Notes: generated by a model from the sequence alone, not told the origin. DNA of 63,491 nucleotides, filler included, from Lenisia limosa (GCA_001655205.1; 16 parts of 16 records of this genome joined end to end with filler, not necessarily neighbours in it), one strand, 5' to 3'; shown: positions 38,911-50,989, counted from the first letter of the whole stretch. Program-made: numbers and translations.

Positions 38911-41900
38911 CTCTCTCTTTCTCTCTCTTTCTCTCTCTTTCTCTCTCTTTCTCTCTCTTCCCACACACACACCATTATTCACCACCAGCAATATTCTCAT
39001 CATCACCCAGAACTTTTGCCGACTCTGACGTCATCGCTCTGGGCTGCGGAAGTGGCAAAACCGTCTTGGTGTCAAAAGACTCCGGCCTAGTTGGTTTTTG
39101 GTTTTTCATTCCCCTGTGTGGACGGCTTTGGTTTCTTGTTTTATTTTTATTCTGGTGTTTTTTGTTTTGTTTTGTTTTTTTGTTAAGTCCTATTTTGAGA
39201 TGAACCACTGTTGAAACTTACCAAATAAGGCAACCGCGGAAATCCATAACTCCGACTCCACGAAGGCCGTTAGTTTCCTCAATCCGAAAAACAGTAGGCA
39301 AAGTCTCAAAGTGCCCCCCACCCCACATGCATGCCAGACAAGTTGTAATGGGTGGAGGGGGGAGAACGTAAAAACGAAGTTAATTATGATGATGAGGAGA
39401 AACGTTTGTTTCCTCATCACAGGGGTGTGTGGGAGAAATCGGAAAATTATGAAACAAAACAACATAAAAAAGAAGCCCAAAATCAACTTTTTTGGGCATC
39501 CCTACGATCCCCAAAAAAGAATGAATTTCTCGATAAAATCTTGATAAATATCGACATGTTACCGGCCTTTTTCGGACCATAGGAAGCTCCTAATTATAGC
39601 TATAACCACACCATGATGACTTGGTGAATTAATGTTTTACTATTATCTAATATCTCTTAAAGCGTGATGGCGTGGACNNNNNNNNNNNNNNNNNNNNNNN
39701 NNNNNNNNNNNNNNNNNNNNNNNNNNNNNNNNNNNNNNNNNNNNNNNNNNNNNNAATTTCATATAACTATAACCACCATAGTCACGACAGCTTCCGGTTC
39801 CGATCTGAAGAACTGGTCAATCCAAGACGTCACCAATACGCAAGAGACAACGTGGGGTGATGCGGTCCTATTTTGATCACAATTGAATAAGAAAATCATA
39901 CTATATTAAATAAATCAAGAATACATTGGGATACCATACCATAAATATCGCGGAGCCTCTTCCCCTGAGCACCATAAAAACAGCGCAAAACAGGCTGGAT
40001 TTGATATATTATATGTAGGGCTTCCTAAGGTCCCATAAAAGACCGAATATCTCGATAAATCCTCGATAAATATCTATATTTAAACGGTTATTTTCGTACC
40101 CAAGTGAAGCTTTAATTATATGAACTTATCCCCCTCCCCCCAATAGGAAAGTCACGCTTTTGACCGCAACACCGGACTCGGTAATTACCGTCAACGTTGA
40201 TGGGGAAATTGCTGTACGTTCCCTGGACATGCTTGAAGACGTCAGTGTAGTTCATGAGGGTGGGGTGGGGGGGTAAAATGGAAAATTTATGAAACAAAAA
40301 AGCCCAAAAGCAACTCTGTTAGCTGACAACGTACAAGGGTTGAGAACAACAAAACAAATGTAACAATTGTCTAAAGAGGATTTTGGGTTTTTGTTGTTCC
40401 TTTTTTTAAGACTCTGCGATTAATAGTAACAATACTGTTTCGATTTGAAGTGATAGATGAATTCTTCAAGAGAAATGTTCTGTAAAAGAAACCTGGGGGG
40501 GGGGGTACTTTTACATCTGATAAGTAACTTTTAATAAATATATACACTGTATATCTATATATTGTACTAGATAATACTTCTGAATCTTATTTTCAATTAA
40601 TTCCTTCAAATATATTGCCCAACATTTTTCTCCCCCTCCCCTCATCATTTTTATTCCATTTTTACTCCTCCCTCATAAATGTTCCATTTTAATTTCTCAA
40701 GGCAAGTCATATCCCATCGCACTGGCATCTTTAGCTCAGAAAGTGCTGGTAGCTTTCGCCAACAAAACTCTGGTGGAAATGACCGTGGTGAATGGACAAG
40801 TGGGGGGAGTGTTGGAAAAGTGCGAAATAAAAAACAAGGTTGAATCTGGCCGAAGCCGTCCAGTCCATACCATCACACTTCTCAGAGATATTTTTGTAAT
40901 ATAATTTTAATTCCCCCCCATCATTTGCCTTGCAACTGCACACAGCTTTCTGTGTGCCCCTAATTCTAATAATCTTACTTTGAATTCTTATATCTTATTT
41001 CATGTAATCCAATTTTTACCCGTCAAAGGCCTCAGAAATCAAGACGACGGCACAGTCGAAGTCCTTCATTGCCATTACCCCAGTAACGTCTGGCTTTGTT
41101 GCAGCTGACCAGAGTGGTGCTATTTACGTTGGAGGGAGGAGGGCAGAATATTTTTTATTAAACTTTCCTTCATTTTACCCCATTATTTTATTTTTTCTTT
41201 CATAAATAATTTCCTTTACCGAGTGATGGGATGCGGTGCTGCAGAAGCGACTGACCTGGGGTTTTTTTGTTTCTTTGTTACCCTCGTTCAAATTTTTCAA
41301 AGTTTCCTTCACCCCTCTCCAGATTAATGAAAATAAGATTGGGCAAGTGTCGGGAATAGTTTCAAAACTAGCAGTCTCCAAGGATGGTGAGTTTGGGGAT
41401 GTGTAGTTTTTTGTTGTTATTGTTGTTGTTGTTGTTGGTAGGGCTTCCCTACGGTCCCAAAATAGACTGAATTTTTCGATAAATCCTCGAAAACTATCGC
41501 TATTTTACCGGGGGTTTTTTGAACAGAAGTAAAGCTCTAATTGTTGGGGAGGGGATGTGTTCTCATCACTTCGTATGATCTATAGGGCTTCCCTACAGTC
41601 GAAAAAGACCGTCAAAATATCGATATTTATCGAGGATTTATCGAGAAATTCAGTCTATTTTGGGACCGTAGGGAAGCCCTAATGACTGTTGAGGCATCTA
41701 GAAAGCTGTGTGTACAGAGGTGTAAGGCAAATAATTGGGTACATTAATATTATTTTAATTCAATATCTCACATAGCGTGATAGTGTGGAACTAGATACAA
41801 CCTTTGTTTTTATTTCTCATTGCTTTCTATGATATATTACACTATTAAATCGAAACCCCATTTCTTTTCCAAAGCTTTATTAGTACTAATATATAAAGAG

Positions 41901-42511
41901 ACAAACTGCATTTCTTCCTCTCCTCTCATCCTTTCAGAAAGCTTGATTGTGGCGTGTGCACCGACAGGGGTAACCCTCTTCACCAAAGGCGAAAATTGGA
42001 CCGCTTCTGTGGTGAGGGGGTATTGGACTGGGTTTTGTTAAATCGAAAATTAATATATCTTGTATGGCTTTATATTCGTTACGTAGTTCTCATCTCTACG
42101 TATCCCCATATTCCCTGATAATATCATAATGATTCTTTTGATCAAAATAATTCGTAATAATTATTTCAGCTAAAAGAAATTCCTAATATTTTTTCAGATT
42201 TGTGGACGTGGAGAGTGTGAGCGAAAGAACCCTCCTCTTAACAAACAACTTACTAAGTACCCAAGCACAGCGGCTGCATTTGCTGCTAATAACCAGGTGG
42301 GTTGAAAGAGATAGTCATAAGCCAGCATAATGATATTTTATGAAAAACAAATCGGAAATATCATTACAAACAAAAGATTTGTAACAATGGTAACATTCAC
42401 TTCGATTCACGGTGTTGGCTTGTTTTTTTACAAAAAGAGAAAGCTCACCCCTCTTCAGTACTTGTATCTGGCAGGTGATAAGGAAGCTGCAGTTGTGACC
42501 CTTGAAAATGG
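37048..42511 (+). CDS. WD40 beta-propeller protein fragment, divergent WDR1/AIP1-like
   Basis: About 12 exons: AVFWCQDRIYTAGTDG, DVIALGCGSGKTVLV, VTTASGSDLKNWSI, VITVNVDGEIAVRS, FVAADQSGAIY, VSKLAVSKDESLIVAC; blade order recalls WDR1. Confidence 0.6.
37664..37796. mobile_element. Family C MITE-like element plus an adjacent partial copy
   Basis: CAGGGATAAGTCTTGACC...GGTCAAGACTTATCCCGG (37727-37790), preceded by a partial left end at 37664. Confidence 0.75.
38534..38627. mobile_element. Family A MITE (B-type ends, reversed core)
   Basis: Shared core and right end TTTTGGGACCGTAGGGAAGACCTA. Confidence 0.8.
38866..38959. repeat. Intronic (TC/TCTT)n pyrimidine microsatellite
   Basis: Direct inspection. 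Confidence 0.95.
39492..39592. mobile_element. Family A MITE (B-type ends)
   Basis: GGGCATCCCTACGATCC...core...TTCGGACCATAGGAAGCTCCTA. Confidence 0.75.
40016..40114. mobile_element. Family A hAT-type MITE with perfect 8-bp TSD
   Basis: TAGGGCTTCC...GTGAAGCTTTA flanked by ATTATATG on both sides (40008-40015, 40115-40122). Confidence 0.9.
40260..40328 (-). repeat. Family E element, inverted, forming the 5' end of an intron
   Basis: Donor GT at 40260 followed by GGGGTGGGGGGTAAAATGGAAAATTTATGAAACAAAAAAGCCCAAAAGCAACTCTGTTAGCTGAC, the reverse complement of the E 3' block. Confidence 0.8.
40821..40960 (-). repeat. Family D repeat, reverse orientation
   Basis: AAGGTTGAATCTGGCCGAAGCCGTCCA...ATCATTTGCCTTGCAACTGCACACAGCTTTCTGTGTGCC. 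Confidence 0.9.
41439..41539. mobile_element. Family A hAT-type MITE, hybrid ends
   Basis: B-type left TIR, A-type right TIR; flanks GTTGTTGG / ATTGTTGG (7/8). Confidence 0.88.
41583..41681. mobile_element. Family A hAT-type MITE (B/B ends)
   Basis: TAGGGCTTCCCTAC...GTAGGGAAGCCCTA; degenerate flanks ATGATCTA / ATGACTGT. Confidence 0.88.
41686..41825 (+). repeat. Family D repeat
   Basis: GAGGCATCTAGAAAGCTGTGTGTACAGAGGTGTAAGGCAAAT...AGATACAACC...TTTCTCATTGCT. Confidence 0.85.
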
Positions 42512-42700
42512 GTATGTTGGGGAGAGAGATCGAAATGTATTTCTTACAAAACCAACTGAGTTGGGGTTTTTTTTTTTTGTTTTTTTTTCCATAAATGTGC
42601 NNNNNNNNNNNNNNNNNNNNNNNNNNNNNNNNNNNNNNNNNNNNTTAATTAATTAANNNNNNNNNNNNNNNNNNNNNNNNNNNNNNNNNNNNNNNNNNNN

Positions 42701-45181
42701 AGGATCATGTCTCGTCTTTGTTGAGCGGCACGAATCCTGCGATATGCTGAAGGAGCGCCTGGCCTTGGCCGGCTACAAGAGCTGCAAGGTTATCCATGGT
42801 GGAATGGTGAGGGGTGTAGCTTTACTTTGGTTCGGAAAAAACCGGGGAAATATCGATAGTTTTCGAGGATTTATTGAGAAATTCCGTCTTTTTTGTTGCT
42901 GTTGATTAGGGGGATATTTGTTCATTTCCGACCCGCTCTTGTTATTTGTTCATTTCCGACCCGCTCTTGTTATTNNNNNNNNNNNNNNNNNNNNNNNNNN
43001 NNNNNNNNNNNNNNNNNNNNNNNNNNNNNNNNNNNNNNNNNNNNNNNNNNNNNNNNNNNNNNNNNNNNNNNNNNNNNNNNNNNNNNNNNNNNNNNNNNNN
43101 NNNNNNNNNNNNNNNNNNNNNNNNNNNNNNNNNNNNNNNNNNNNNNNNNNNNNNNNNNNNNNNNNNNNNNNNNNNNNNNNNNNNNNNNNNNNNNNNNNNN
43201 NNNNNNNNNNNNNNNNNNNNNNNNNNNNNNNNNNNNGCCAACAGAGTTGTTTTTGGGCTTTTTTATTTTATATATGTATTTTCTAATTTCCCCCCAGGAG
43301 CAAGGAGACAGGGACCAGGCCCTAGTGGACTTCAAGAACGGGACCTTCAACATCCTCATTGCCACCTCCGTCTGTGCTCGTGGACTTCACGTCGATAACC
43401 TCAAGCTTGTCGTCAATTACAACGCGCCGTCCCATTACGAGGTCTGCTAAGTTATGGCTATAATTATTATCATTTCATATGTATCTGGGGAGTATGTGGA
43501 AAGCTGTGTACACAGAGTTAACATATTTAGGCGAATTACTTTAATCATAATATGACCTGTACTACGTCCATTAAAATTTGACAAAATATGACCATTTTAG
43601 CATACTATGACACTTTAGCGTATTAAGTTGACAATTGCATGGGACTACATGCATCAAATTATTGACATAATATGACATTTCAGGACTATTACATCATTAT
43701 ATGACATTTCAGGACTACGTGCATCGAGTTGGTCGAACTGGCCGTGCGGGTAATAAGGGAACCGCCGTCACCATCTTGACTGGTTGGAGGGGGGAGGTTT
43801 ATTATTTCTCGTCAATGACCATACTGAATTTATATGATACTATAATCCAATATAAGCGTGATATTGTGGACGGCTTCAGCCTACAACTTATTTTTTTATT
43901 TATCATTGCTACTATGACCATTATACACAAAATTGGTTATAAAGCAATATGATTAAGGCTTCATTTCGGTTCGAAAACAAGACAAAAATTCTCGATTTCT
44001 TCAGAAAAATCTATTTTTTTTATTGGTCTTTTTCGGACAAATTGAAGCCCTAAATAAGATAACCAAACCCCCCACTCACCCCCTCAATCTACCTACTTCG
44101 TTAACTCGAATAGCGGAGGACGCTGCACTGGCGGCTGACCTCGAAATGGCCTTGGAGCGCAGTGGTACCACATGCCCCGAGGAAATCAAAGATTTGGCTA
44201 AACGTGGGGGGGGGGGGGNNNNNNNNNNNNNNNNNNNNNNNNNNNNNNNNNNNNNNNNNNNNNNNNNNNNNNNNNNNNNNNNNNNNNNNNNNNNNNNNNN
44301 NNNNNNNNNNNNNNNNNNNNNNNNNNNNNNNNNNNNNNNNNNNNNNNNNNNNNNNNNNNNNGACATCATATTATGATAATCCTAGTTTCAATAGAGACTT
44401 TACTACAAAAAAAAAAACTATATTACATACATAGTATATCATATATTACACATGATGATGATCCTTGTTTCAATGGGGACTTTACTGCCAACAACAATAT
44501 TACATATGATAATACTAGTTTTAGATAATCCCATTTAGCGAATTTCACTGTCCTTAGAATTCTCCATTCAGCAACGCCTTGGAGTGGTGCATCGGTTCAA
44601 CGGTTTCAGTGGAAAGGGCTTCAAGTTCGACAAGGAGGAAGCCAACGCCAAGATGCGGGAGAGGAATGCTACTATGGTGGTATGCTTGTTGTGTGTGTTT
44701 TGTACATATCTCCAGGGCTTCACTTCGGTTCGAAAAAAGACTGAATTTTTCGATAAATCCTCGAAAACTATTGATATTTTACCGATCTTTTTCGAACAGA
44801 AGTGAAGCCCTGCATATCTCCCTTCTGATATGTTCCGTGCAATTAAAATATAAATATCTCAGGAGAAACCTGATACTTTAAGAATTTCCTCAAATAATTA
44901 ATTTCACGGAGCCCTGTCTTATCCGATCTTTTTACTCCAAAGCAAAGCTCATATATTTCAGCATTACCCCCCCCCCCNNNNNNNNNNNNNNNNNNNNNNN
45001 NNNNNNNNNNNNNNNNNNNNNNNNNNNNNNNNNNNNNNNNNNNNNNNNNNNNNNNNNNNNNNNNNNNNNNNNNNNNNNNNNNNNNNNNNNNNNNNNNNNN
45101 NNNNNNNNNNNNNGGAGGACGAGGAACCAGCTGCCGTTGAGGAAGAAGAAGACTCAGGCAAGAAGAAGTACCGCTTTGGTG
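42701..45181 (+). CDS. DDX46: DEAD-box RNA helicase DDX46/Prp5, helicase-C and C-terminal fragment
   Basis: [65 protein letters not shown], and the Prp5-typical [10 protein letters not shown]. Confidence 0.9.
43954..44052. mobile_element. Family A hAT-type MITE
   Basis: TAAGGCTTCATTTCGGTTCG...TGAAGCCCTA; flanks AATATGAT / AATAAGAT (7/8). Confidence 0.88.
44713..44812. mobile_element. Family A hAT-type MITE with perfect 8-bp TSD (reference copy)
   Basis: CAGGGCTTCACTTCGGTTCGAAAAA...TTTTTCGAACAGAAGTGAAGCCCTG flanked by CATATCTC on both sides. Confidence 0.93.
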
Positions 45182-45676
45182 GTATTGATGATGCGGATTG
45201 TGGTATGTATGGTTGATGATGATGCGGATTGCTGATGACAAATGTGATGTTTTTGGGTGTTGTTGTTGTTGATGATGATGGTATTGTTGTTGTTGTTGAT
45301 GATGTTGTTGTTGTTAATGTTCTTGATGATGACACTGTAGAGTGTTGACGTTATTAGCGATTTGGGCTTTTTTTTTTTGTTTCATAAATGGTCTATCCTT
45401 CCTTTCCCATTTTTACTANNNNNNNNNNNNNNNNNNNNNNNNNNNNNNNNNNNNNNNNNNNNTTAATTAATTAANNNNNNNNNNNNNNNNNNNNNNNNNN
45501 NNNNNNNNNNNNNNNNNNCTGGGCTTTGTTTGTTTTTTTGTTATCAGCCCTTGTGTCTTTTCAGCCAACAGAGTTGATTTAGGTTTTGTATTTTGTTTCA
45601 AATATTTTCCAATTTTACCCCCCCCCCCTTCTGCTAAGATGTCCTCCCCCCTCTCATTTCATTATGACGCATTTAG

Positions 45677-46259
45677 GACGATCCAGCAGAACACTTTCAC
45701 AACACTTGAGTCTTGGGCTGGTATCGTTTATAGGTGGGCTTATTATGGGTGTTTAGGGATTATTATTTATTCAAAGAATCGAATATCATTTGAAGTAGGA
45801 CTACGTGCAATCTTGGAATTATTATTTTGAAAATTTAGAGGTACATGGTCATATTCAAATATCATATCGATATATACTATCTGAAATGGAAACCATATTT
45901 CAGACTTTAATTTCAAATTTTGCAGATGATTTTCTCAAATATTGATAGCACGTATCCCGTTCTCAAGGAACATATGAAAGAGATCCTCCCGATCTTACCA
46001 TTTCAGGACCAAAGTGGAGGGCGTGACGGAAGTAGCTCGGTTAGCTTCCGAAGCTGCCGATTGCCGCCAGCAGCTCCTCCATGAAATTCGAATTGAACAC
46101 GGCTTGATTGTTGTCGATGACGACGCTCCAGTGATCCCCATCCTACCCACCCCGCGACCCGAAGCTGCGGAGTTGCCGAGAGAATCGTTGTTGCTTAGTG
46201 AGCTGTTAGAGGAGGTTGTTGGCCAGAGCCTCGAGGACTATGTTGTTCCCGACTTCTAG
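45677..46259 (+). CDS. Last exons of an unidentified gene
   Basis: GC-rich open exon 46009-46259 (…VTEVARLASEAADCRQQLLHEIRIEHG…VVPDF-stop) after an AG acceptor. Confidence 0.55.
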
Positions 46260-46352
46260 TTTGTACGTTGTTTGTATTTTATGCACGTTGGTTTGTCCCA
46301 TGTTGGAACCGGATGAGGAACTTTGTGCATCAAACTGGAGAATAGTCTAAAT

Positions 46353-46490
46353 CTACCAGTAGCCTCTGTAATTCCTTGCACTCTTCTTACAAGCCACCAC
46401 GTTGTCAAATATAGAAGCTTCAATAAAATTCTCCAAGAAATCGAATACAGAGGAAACAGGTAACCTATGACAGTGGTGACGATGACCCTC
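46353..46490 (-). CDS. Putative last exon of a convergent unidentified gene
   Basis: Open frame …LPVSSVFDFLENFIEASIFDNVVACKKSARNYRGYW-stop preceded on the minus strand by an E-type intron end and AG. Confidence 0.4.
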   Translation of the reverse strand, partial: EGHRHHCHRLPVSSVFDFLENFIEASIFDNVVACKKSARNYRGYW

Positions 46491-46733
46491 CTATGGCGGT
46501 TAGAATGAGGGGGGATTGGAATATGAAACACAAAAACCCAAATCAACTCTGTTAGGGAAATTATTGAAACGTAAAATTGGAAATTTCAATAGATTATTGN
46601 NNNNNNNNNNNNNNNNNNNNNNNNNNNNNNNNNNNNNNNNNNNTTAATTAATTAANNNNNNNNNNNNNNNNNNNNNNNNNNNNNNNNNNNNNNNNNNNNG
46701 TTTCAAAAGTTTTCCAATTTTACTCCGCCACAG

Positions 46734-48296
46734 GTACGCTCGTACGTTGACGGACACACGATCTTCCAACTAGACCCCGAAGACGCTCTTGAGAAGCTTA
46801 ATGAGGTGGGTGATGGAATATATAGGGCTTCACTTCGGTTCAAAAAAAAGAGACTATATTTCTCGATCGAACTGAAGTGAAGTCATAGGAATGAGTTGGT
46901 TGGGACACTTACTTGGGGTTATGGGTCCCGCATTGGCCACATTACTCCACATTACGCCCCCTTTCTATTATTTTCCATTTCTACGTAACCTCATCCGATA
47001 CAACCGCCTGTTTTTTTTTGTAGTTTCAGATTATTCGTTTCGTGATTAATACCTTTACGCCAGTATTCTTCATCGAAATTTCCTTCATTTACCTCATATC
47101 AACCCCTCAAGCTCCCCCTTTTGCTCTTCCTTAGCAACAATAGTAGTTTTCGCGGATTCTTTTTTCGAACTGAAGTGAAGCCCTAATTATAGTATTATAT
47201 TTCGATTATATTAACATATTTACTCCTAAAATTCCAGGGACTCTCCGTTTGCCAGTCCCTGAAGGCCTCGTTTGACGTCACCCGCGCCCAGGTGAGAACC
47301 ATCATAGTTGAATTTGGGCCTTTTTGTGTCACAGTCTCCAATTTTACTTCCCCTCTTGTGTTTAAAGCCAACAGTTGATTTTGGGCATTTTTTTATCACA
47401 AATTCTCCAAGGAGTGATGGGATGCNNNNNNNNNNNNNNNNNNNNNNNNNNNNNNNNNNNNNNNNNNNNNNNNNNNNNNNNNNNNNNNNNNNNNNNNNNN
47501 NNNNNNNNNNNNNNNNNNNNNNNNNNNNNNNNNNNNNNNNNNNNNNNNNNNNNNNNNNNNNNNNNNNNNNTAAAATATCGATAGCTTTCGATTTATCGAG
47601 AAATTCAGTCTTTTTTTCGAACCGAAGCGAGGTGAAGTCCTACTAATCACTACAGGTTAATGCCGACCCGAACCTCCAACCCTGGCTGTTCGAACCTGCC
47701 GCAGTCTTCGGCCGCCTGGACCTACTCGCCAGTCACCTTGAAGACTGCAGGTGGGATAAAGGGCAAGGGGGGACTCAAAAAGGGGAGTGCCTTGACTTGT
47801 CCTAGCATTTAGATGATTACATCCTACCATTTACAGGGTACTTCAACATTCGTGCTAACTCTCTAGGGACTTGGTTCAGACCAATGTTGAGTTCCGCAAA
47901 TTGGAGCGTATTGAGATCGGAGGCCCCAAGGTGCGACAAGGTTTCATTTCACGTTTTTTTTATACCCTCTTTTGTAGTCAACAGTGTCGATTTTCGTCTT
48001 TTTTTATTTGAAGATTTTTCAAATTTTATCATTGCCTTGTGCCAATAGGTTGATTTTTGCCTTTTTTTTTGTTTCATAAATTTTTAATTTACCCCCCTCC
48101 TCCTCCTCCTCAGGGTCACGTGCTCTCTGCAAACCTGGCAACAGTCTACGAGGAGTTCGTTTCTGCCGCCGCCGTATTTCGGTCTCTCTCCTACGACCCC
48201 CTGGAGCCCGAAAGTACAGAGTTTGCGTCTCAGTACGCGCACTTTACGCGCGTGATCGAAGATCTTGACCTCAGAATCTCGGCTATTTTGGTTCAT
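46734..48296 (+). CDS. Axonemal outer-arm dynein heavy chain (beta/DNAH9-11-17-like), N-terminal stem (DHC_N1) fragment
   Basis: Five in-phase exons: LDPEDALEKL, PWLFEPAAVFGRLD, VEFRKLERIEIGGPKG, VYEEF..SYDPLEPESTEF..IEDLDLRISAIL. Confidence 0.9.
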
Positions 48297-48345
48297 GTTG
48301 GGGGGGGGGGTAGAAATGGAGAATTTTCATTATACTATATATCAC

Positions 48346-48491
48346 TGAGAGATAAAAACTTTGTTTGCATCTGGCCGAAGCCGTCCACACCGTAACGCTT
48401 ATGAGAGATATTGCATTATAGTATAATATTGATTCACCCAATCATTTGCCTTACAACTCTGTGCACACAGCTTTCTGCGTGCCTCCCCAGC
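48346..48491 (-). repeat. Family D repeat, near full length, reverse orientation
   Basis: ATCTGGCCGAAGCCGTCCACAC...CACCCAATCATTTGCCTTACAACTCTGTGCACACAGCTTTCTGCGTGCCTCCCCAGC. Confidence 0.92.
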
Positions 48492-48755
48492 NNNNNNNNN
48501 NNNNNNNNNNNNNNNNNNNNNNNNNNNNNNNNNNNTTAATTAATTAANNNNNNNNNNNNNNNNNNNNNNNNNNNNNNNNNNNNNNNNNNNNGAGGTAAAA
48601 GGGGGAGGGAGGGTTTGTATGCAACGAAGGGAAGATATAGTATATCTAAGGCTTCACTTCGGTTCGAAAAATACTGGTAAAACATCGATAGCTTTCGAGA
48701 ATTTGTCGAGAAATTCAGTCAGAAAAGGGTTCTATCAATGCGATCCCTCTCCCAC

Positions 48756-49543
48756 GTCTTCCGAAGGGACGTAAGCGACGTCAGCAAAGAAGCAGTCGCT
48801 TGCTGGACATGGTTTTCCTTCCTCGTCTTCTGGCTGTGGGGGGGGGGGGGNNNNNNNNNNNNNNNNNNNNNNNNNNNNNNNNNNNNNNNNNNNNNNNNNN
48901 NNNNNNNNNNNNNNNNNNNNNNNNNNNNNNNNNNNNNNNNNNNNNNNNNNNNNNNNNNNNNNNNNNNNNNNNNNNNNNNNNNNNNNNNNNNNNNNNNNNN
49001 NNNNNNNNNNNNNNNNNNNNNNNNNNNNNNNNNNNNNNCAAGCCACATTATGGCGTCGGCAAAGGACCGAAGCGATTCCAGGCTTGCTGCAAGGACGGAC
49101 CGAGTTGTCGCCTAAAGAGCGTGACATGGGGAGGGGGGGTAATTATCCCTCAACCTGTAACTAATGTAATAGAATAAAACCGCTTTCCAAGAAAGGAAAA
49201 CATGATGTGGCTCCTTAAAAAAACGTCTGTAGTTGCAAAAATAAACACTTTCTTTTTTTAATTTTGTTTAGAAAAATACCACTTTCATCACTTGATATTT
49301 TTAAACTACAGACGCGCCACCCCCTTTTTAAATGAGCCCATAGAGCCCCCAGAGGTGTTCGGAGGGAGACCCTTCTGTAACATTTTTCGGAGACCAGCTT
49401 TGAAACGGCTTATAATTATATCATACTATTTCTCTTGTCAAAAACCCACCTTATGGCTGTCGGCGAGGGGAGACAGGAGAGAGATCATGTTAGAGATGAG
49501 ACCCTCCGCCTCCGGACCGATATGGACAGCAGATCCCAGCGAA
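48756..49543 (-). CDS. Helical/HEAT-like protein fragment (possibly the middle of CAND1)
   Basis: Exons SLGSAVHIGPEAEGLISNMISLLSPLADSHK, ATTRSVLAASLESLRSFADAIMW, QKTRKENHVQQATASLLTSLTSLRK with GT-AG ends. Confidence 0.45.
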
Positions 49544-50258
49544 NNNNNNNNNNNNNNNNNNNNNNNNNNNNNNNNNNNNNNNNNNNNNNNNNNNNNNNNN
49601 NNNNNNNNNNNNNNNNNNNNNNNNNNNTTGTTCTGGGGGAGATATATCAAATCATAATGGGGAGGGGGGTTTACATACTACATGTAATTATATGCATATC
49701 TTATATGAGATATGATATAATCATATGACATCAGAGTAAATAATACAGTAGTGTAACTACATAAGGGTGCTTGTGTGGGTGAAAAGTGAGATACACATAT
49801 GAAGCCCTTGTACTTGAACAATATGAAATAAAAAATCAGGATGAACAATAGACATTCAACGATCTTGTGTCAAATTCACACATCTGTAAATCTGTTGGAT
49901 TCATTATAGTTTATTGTTCTCAAATTATTTATTCAATATTCANNNNNNNNNNNNNNNNNNNNNNNNNNNNNNNNNNNNNNNNNNNNTTAATTAATTAANN
50001 NNNNNNNNNNNNNNNNNNNNNNNNNNNNNNNNNNNNNNNNNNAAAGGAAATTTCGATGAAGCATTGGGAGTTATTCTATACTACTTTAGAAAATAGATTG
50101 AAGGTAGAGATAGATACCCCACCCTTTACATTATTTATATCTAGCGCTTACATCGGCTCCAAAAAAGAATGAATTTCTCGATAAATCCTCGAAAATCATC
50201 GATATTTTACCGGGTATTTTTCGAACCGAAGTGAAGCCCGAATCACCCCCCCCCCCAC

Positions 50259-50732
50259 CTTTACCCAGGATATCGATGAAGGCGGCGGCGGCGTTGATGG
50301 CCGAGGTCCGCTGGTTCTGTCCAGCCTTACCTTCGGGGGACCTGGGGGGGGGGTAAAATTGGAAAAGTTGTGAAACAAAAAAAAAGCCCAAAATCAGTCA
50401 CGGGGTAAAGGAACTGGGAATTTCAAATTGTATCAACAAATATTTCAAAGACAATACAATTGAAGGTAGTGTGTTCGGCAATTTGTTAATGGTATCCTTA
50501 TGTATAAATTTGTTTCCCAAGATTTATAATGTTTATTATTATTCTTGTCAAAAAAAGATCTAACACCGGGGCAAATATTGCCCGGGTGGAGCGGTAAACA
50601 ATACCATTGACGGTCGGTAGTGTGTTTTAACATTGAGGGGCTAACATTAACAAGGTAGTGGTAGGATCAAACAAGAACCCACCTAAAAAGGATTCTGAGG
50701 GCCGAGTCCATAAGCAGGTTGAAGACCGACGT
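50259..50732 (-). CDS. Helical/HEAT-like protein fragment (possibly the middle of CAND1)
   Basis: Two in-phase exons: TSVFNLLMDSALRILFRSPEGKAGQNQRTSAINAAAAFIDILGK. Confidence 0.45.
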
Positions 50733-50989
50733 CTGCAACCGTGAGAATAATTCAATCCAATATGATACGTAAGAATGTTAAAAGGGACAATAATTTATAT
50801 GTCGGATTAAAAATATGAAGACATTTCAAATGTGCCACATTAATATAAGTATTAATCAAATACGATTTGCCATATAACGAACGTGAGGATAATCCCCAGT
50901 ATAGTCAACTTGTGTTGGACTAGGGGGGTCAAGCTCCCAGTAAAACACATGAAAAATATGGGGGAGGAGTGTAAAATGATGCTTAGAAC

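Noticed and set aside
44722-44736. GGTTCGAA in the MITE A TIR resembles a Pol III B-box (tRNA/SINE)
   Set aside because: No A-box or cloverleaf, the terminal C of the B-box is missing, and TIR plus 8-bp TSD indicate a DNA element
48346-48491. Pistol-ribozyme-like order in family D (hairpin, GUUG, UAAGCG, hairpin, CAAC)
   Set aside because: The first hairpin loop is only 4 nt and cannot form the 6-bp pseudoknot pistol requires; left to a covariance-model search rather than claimed
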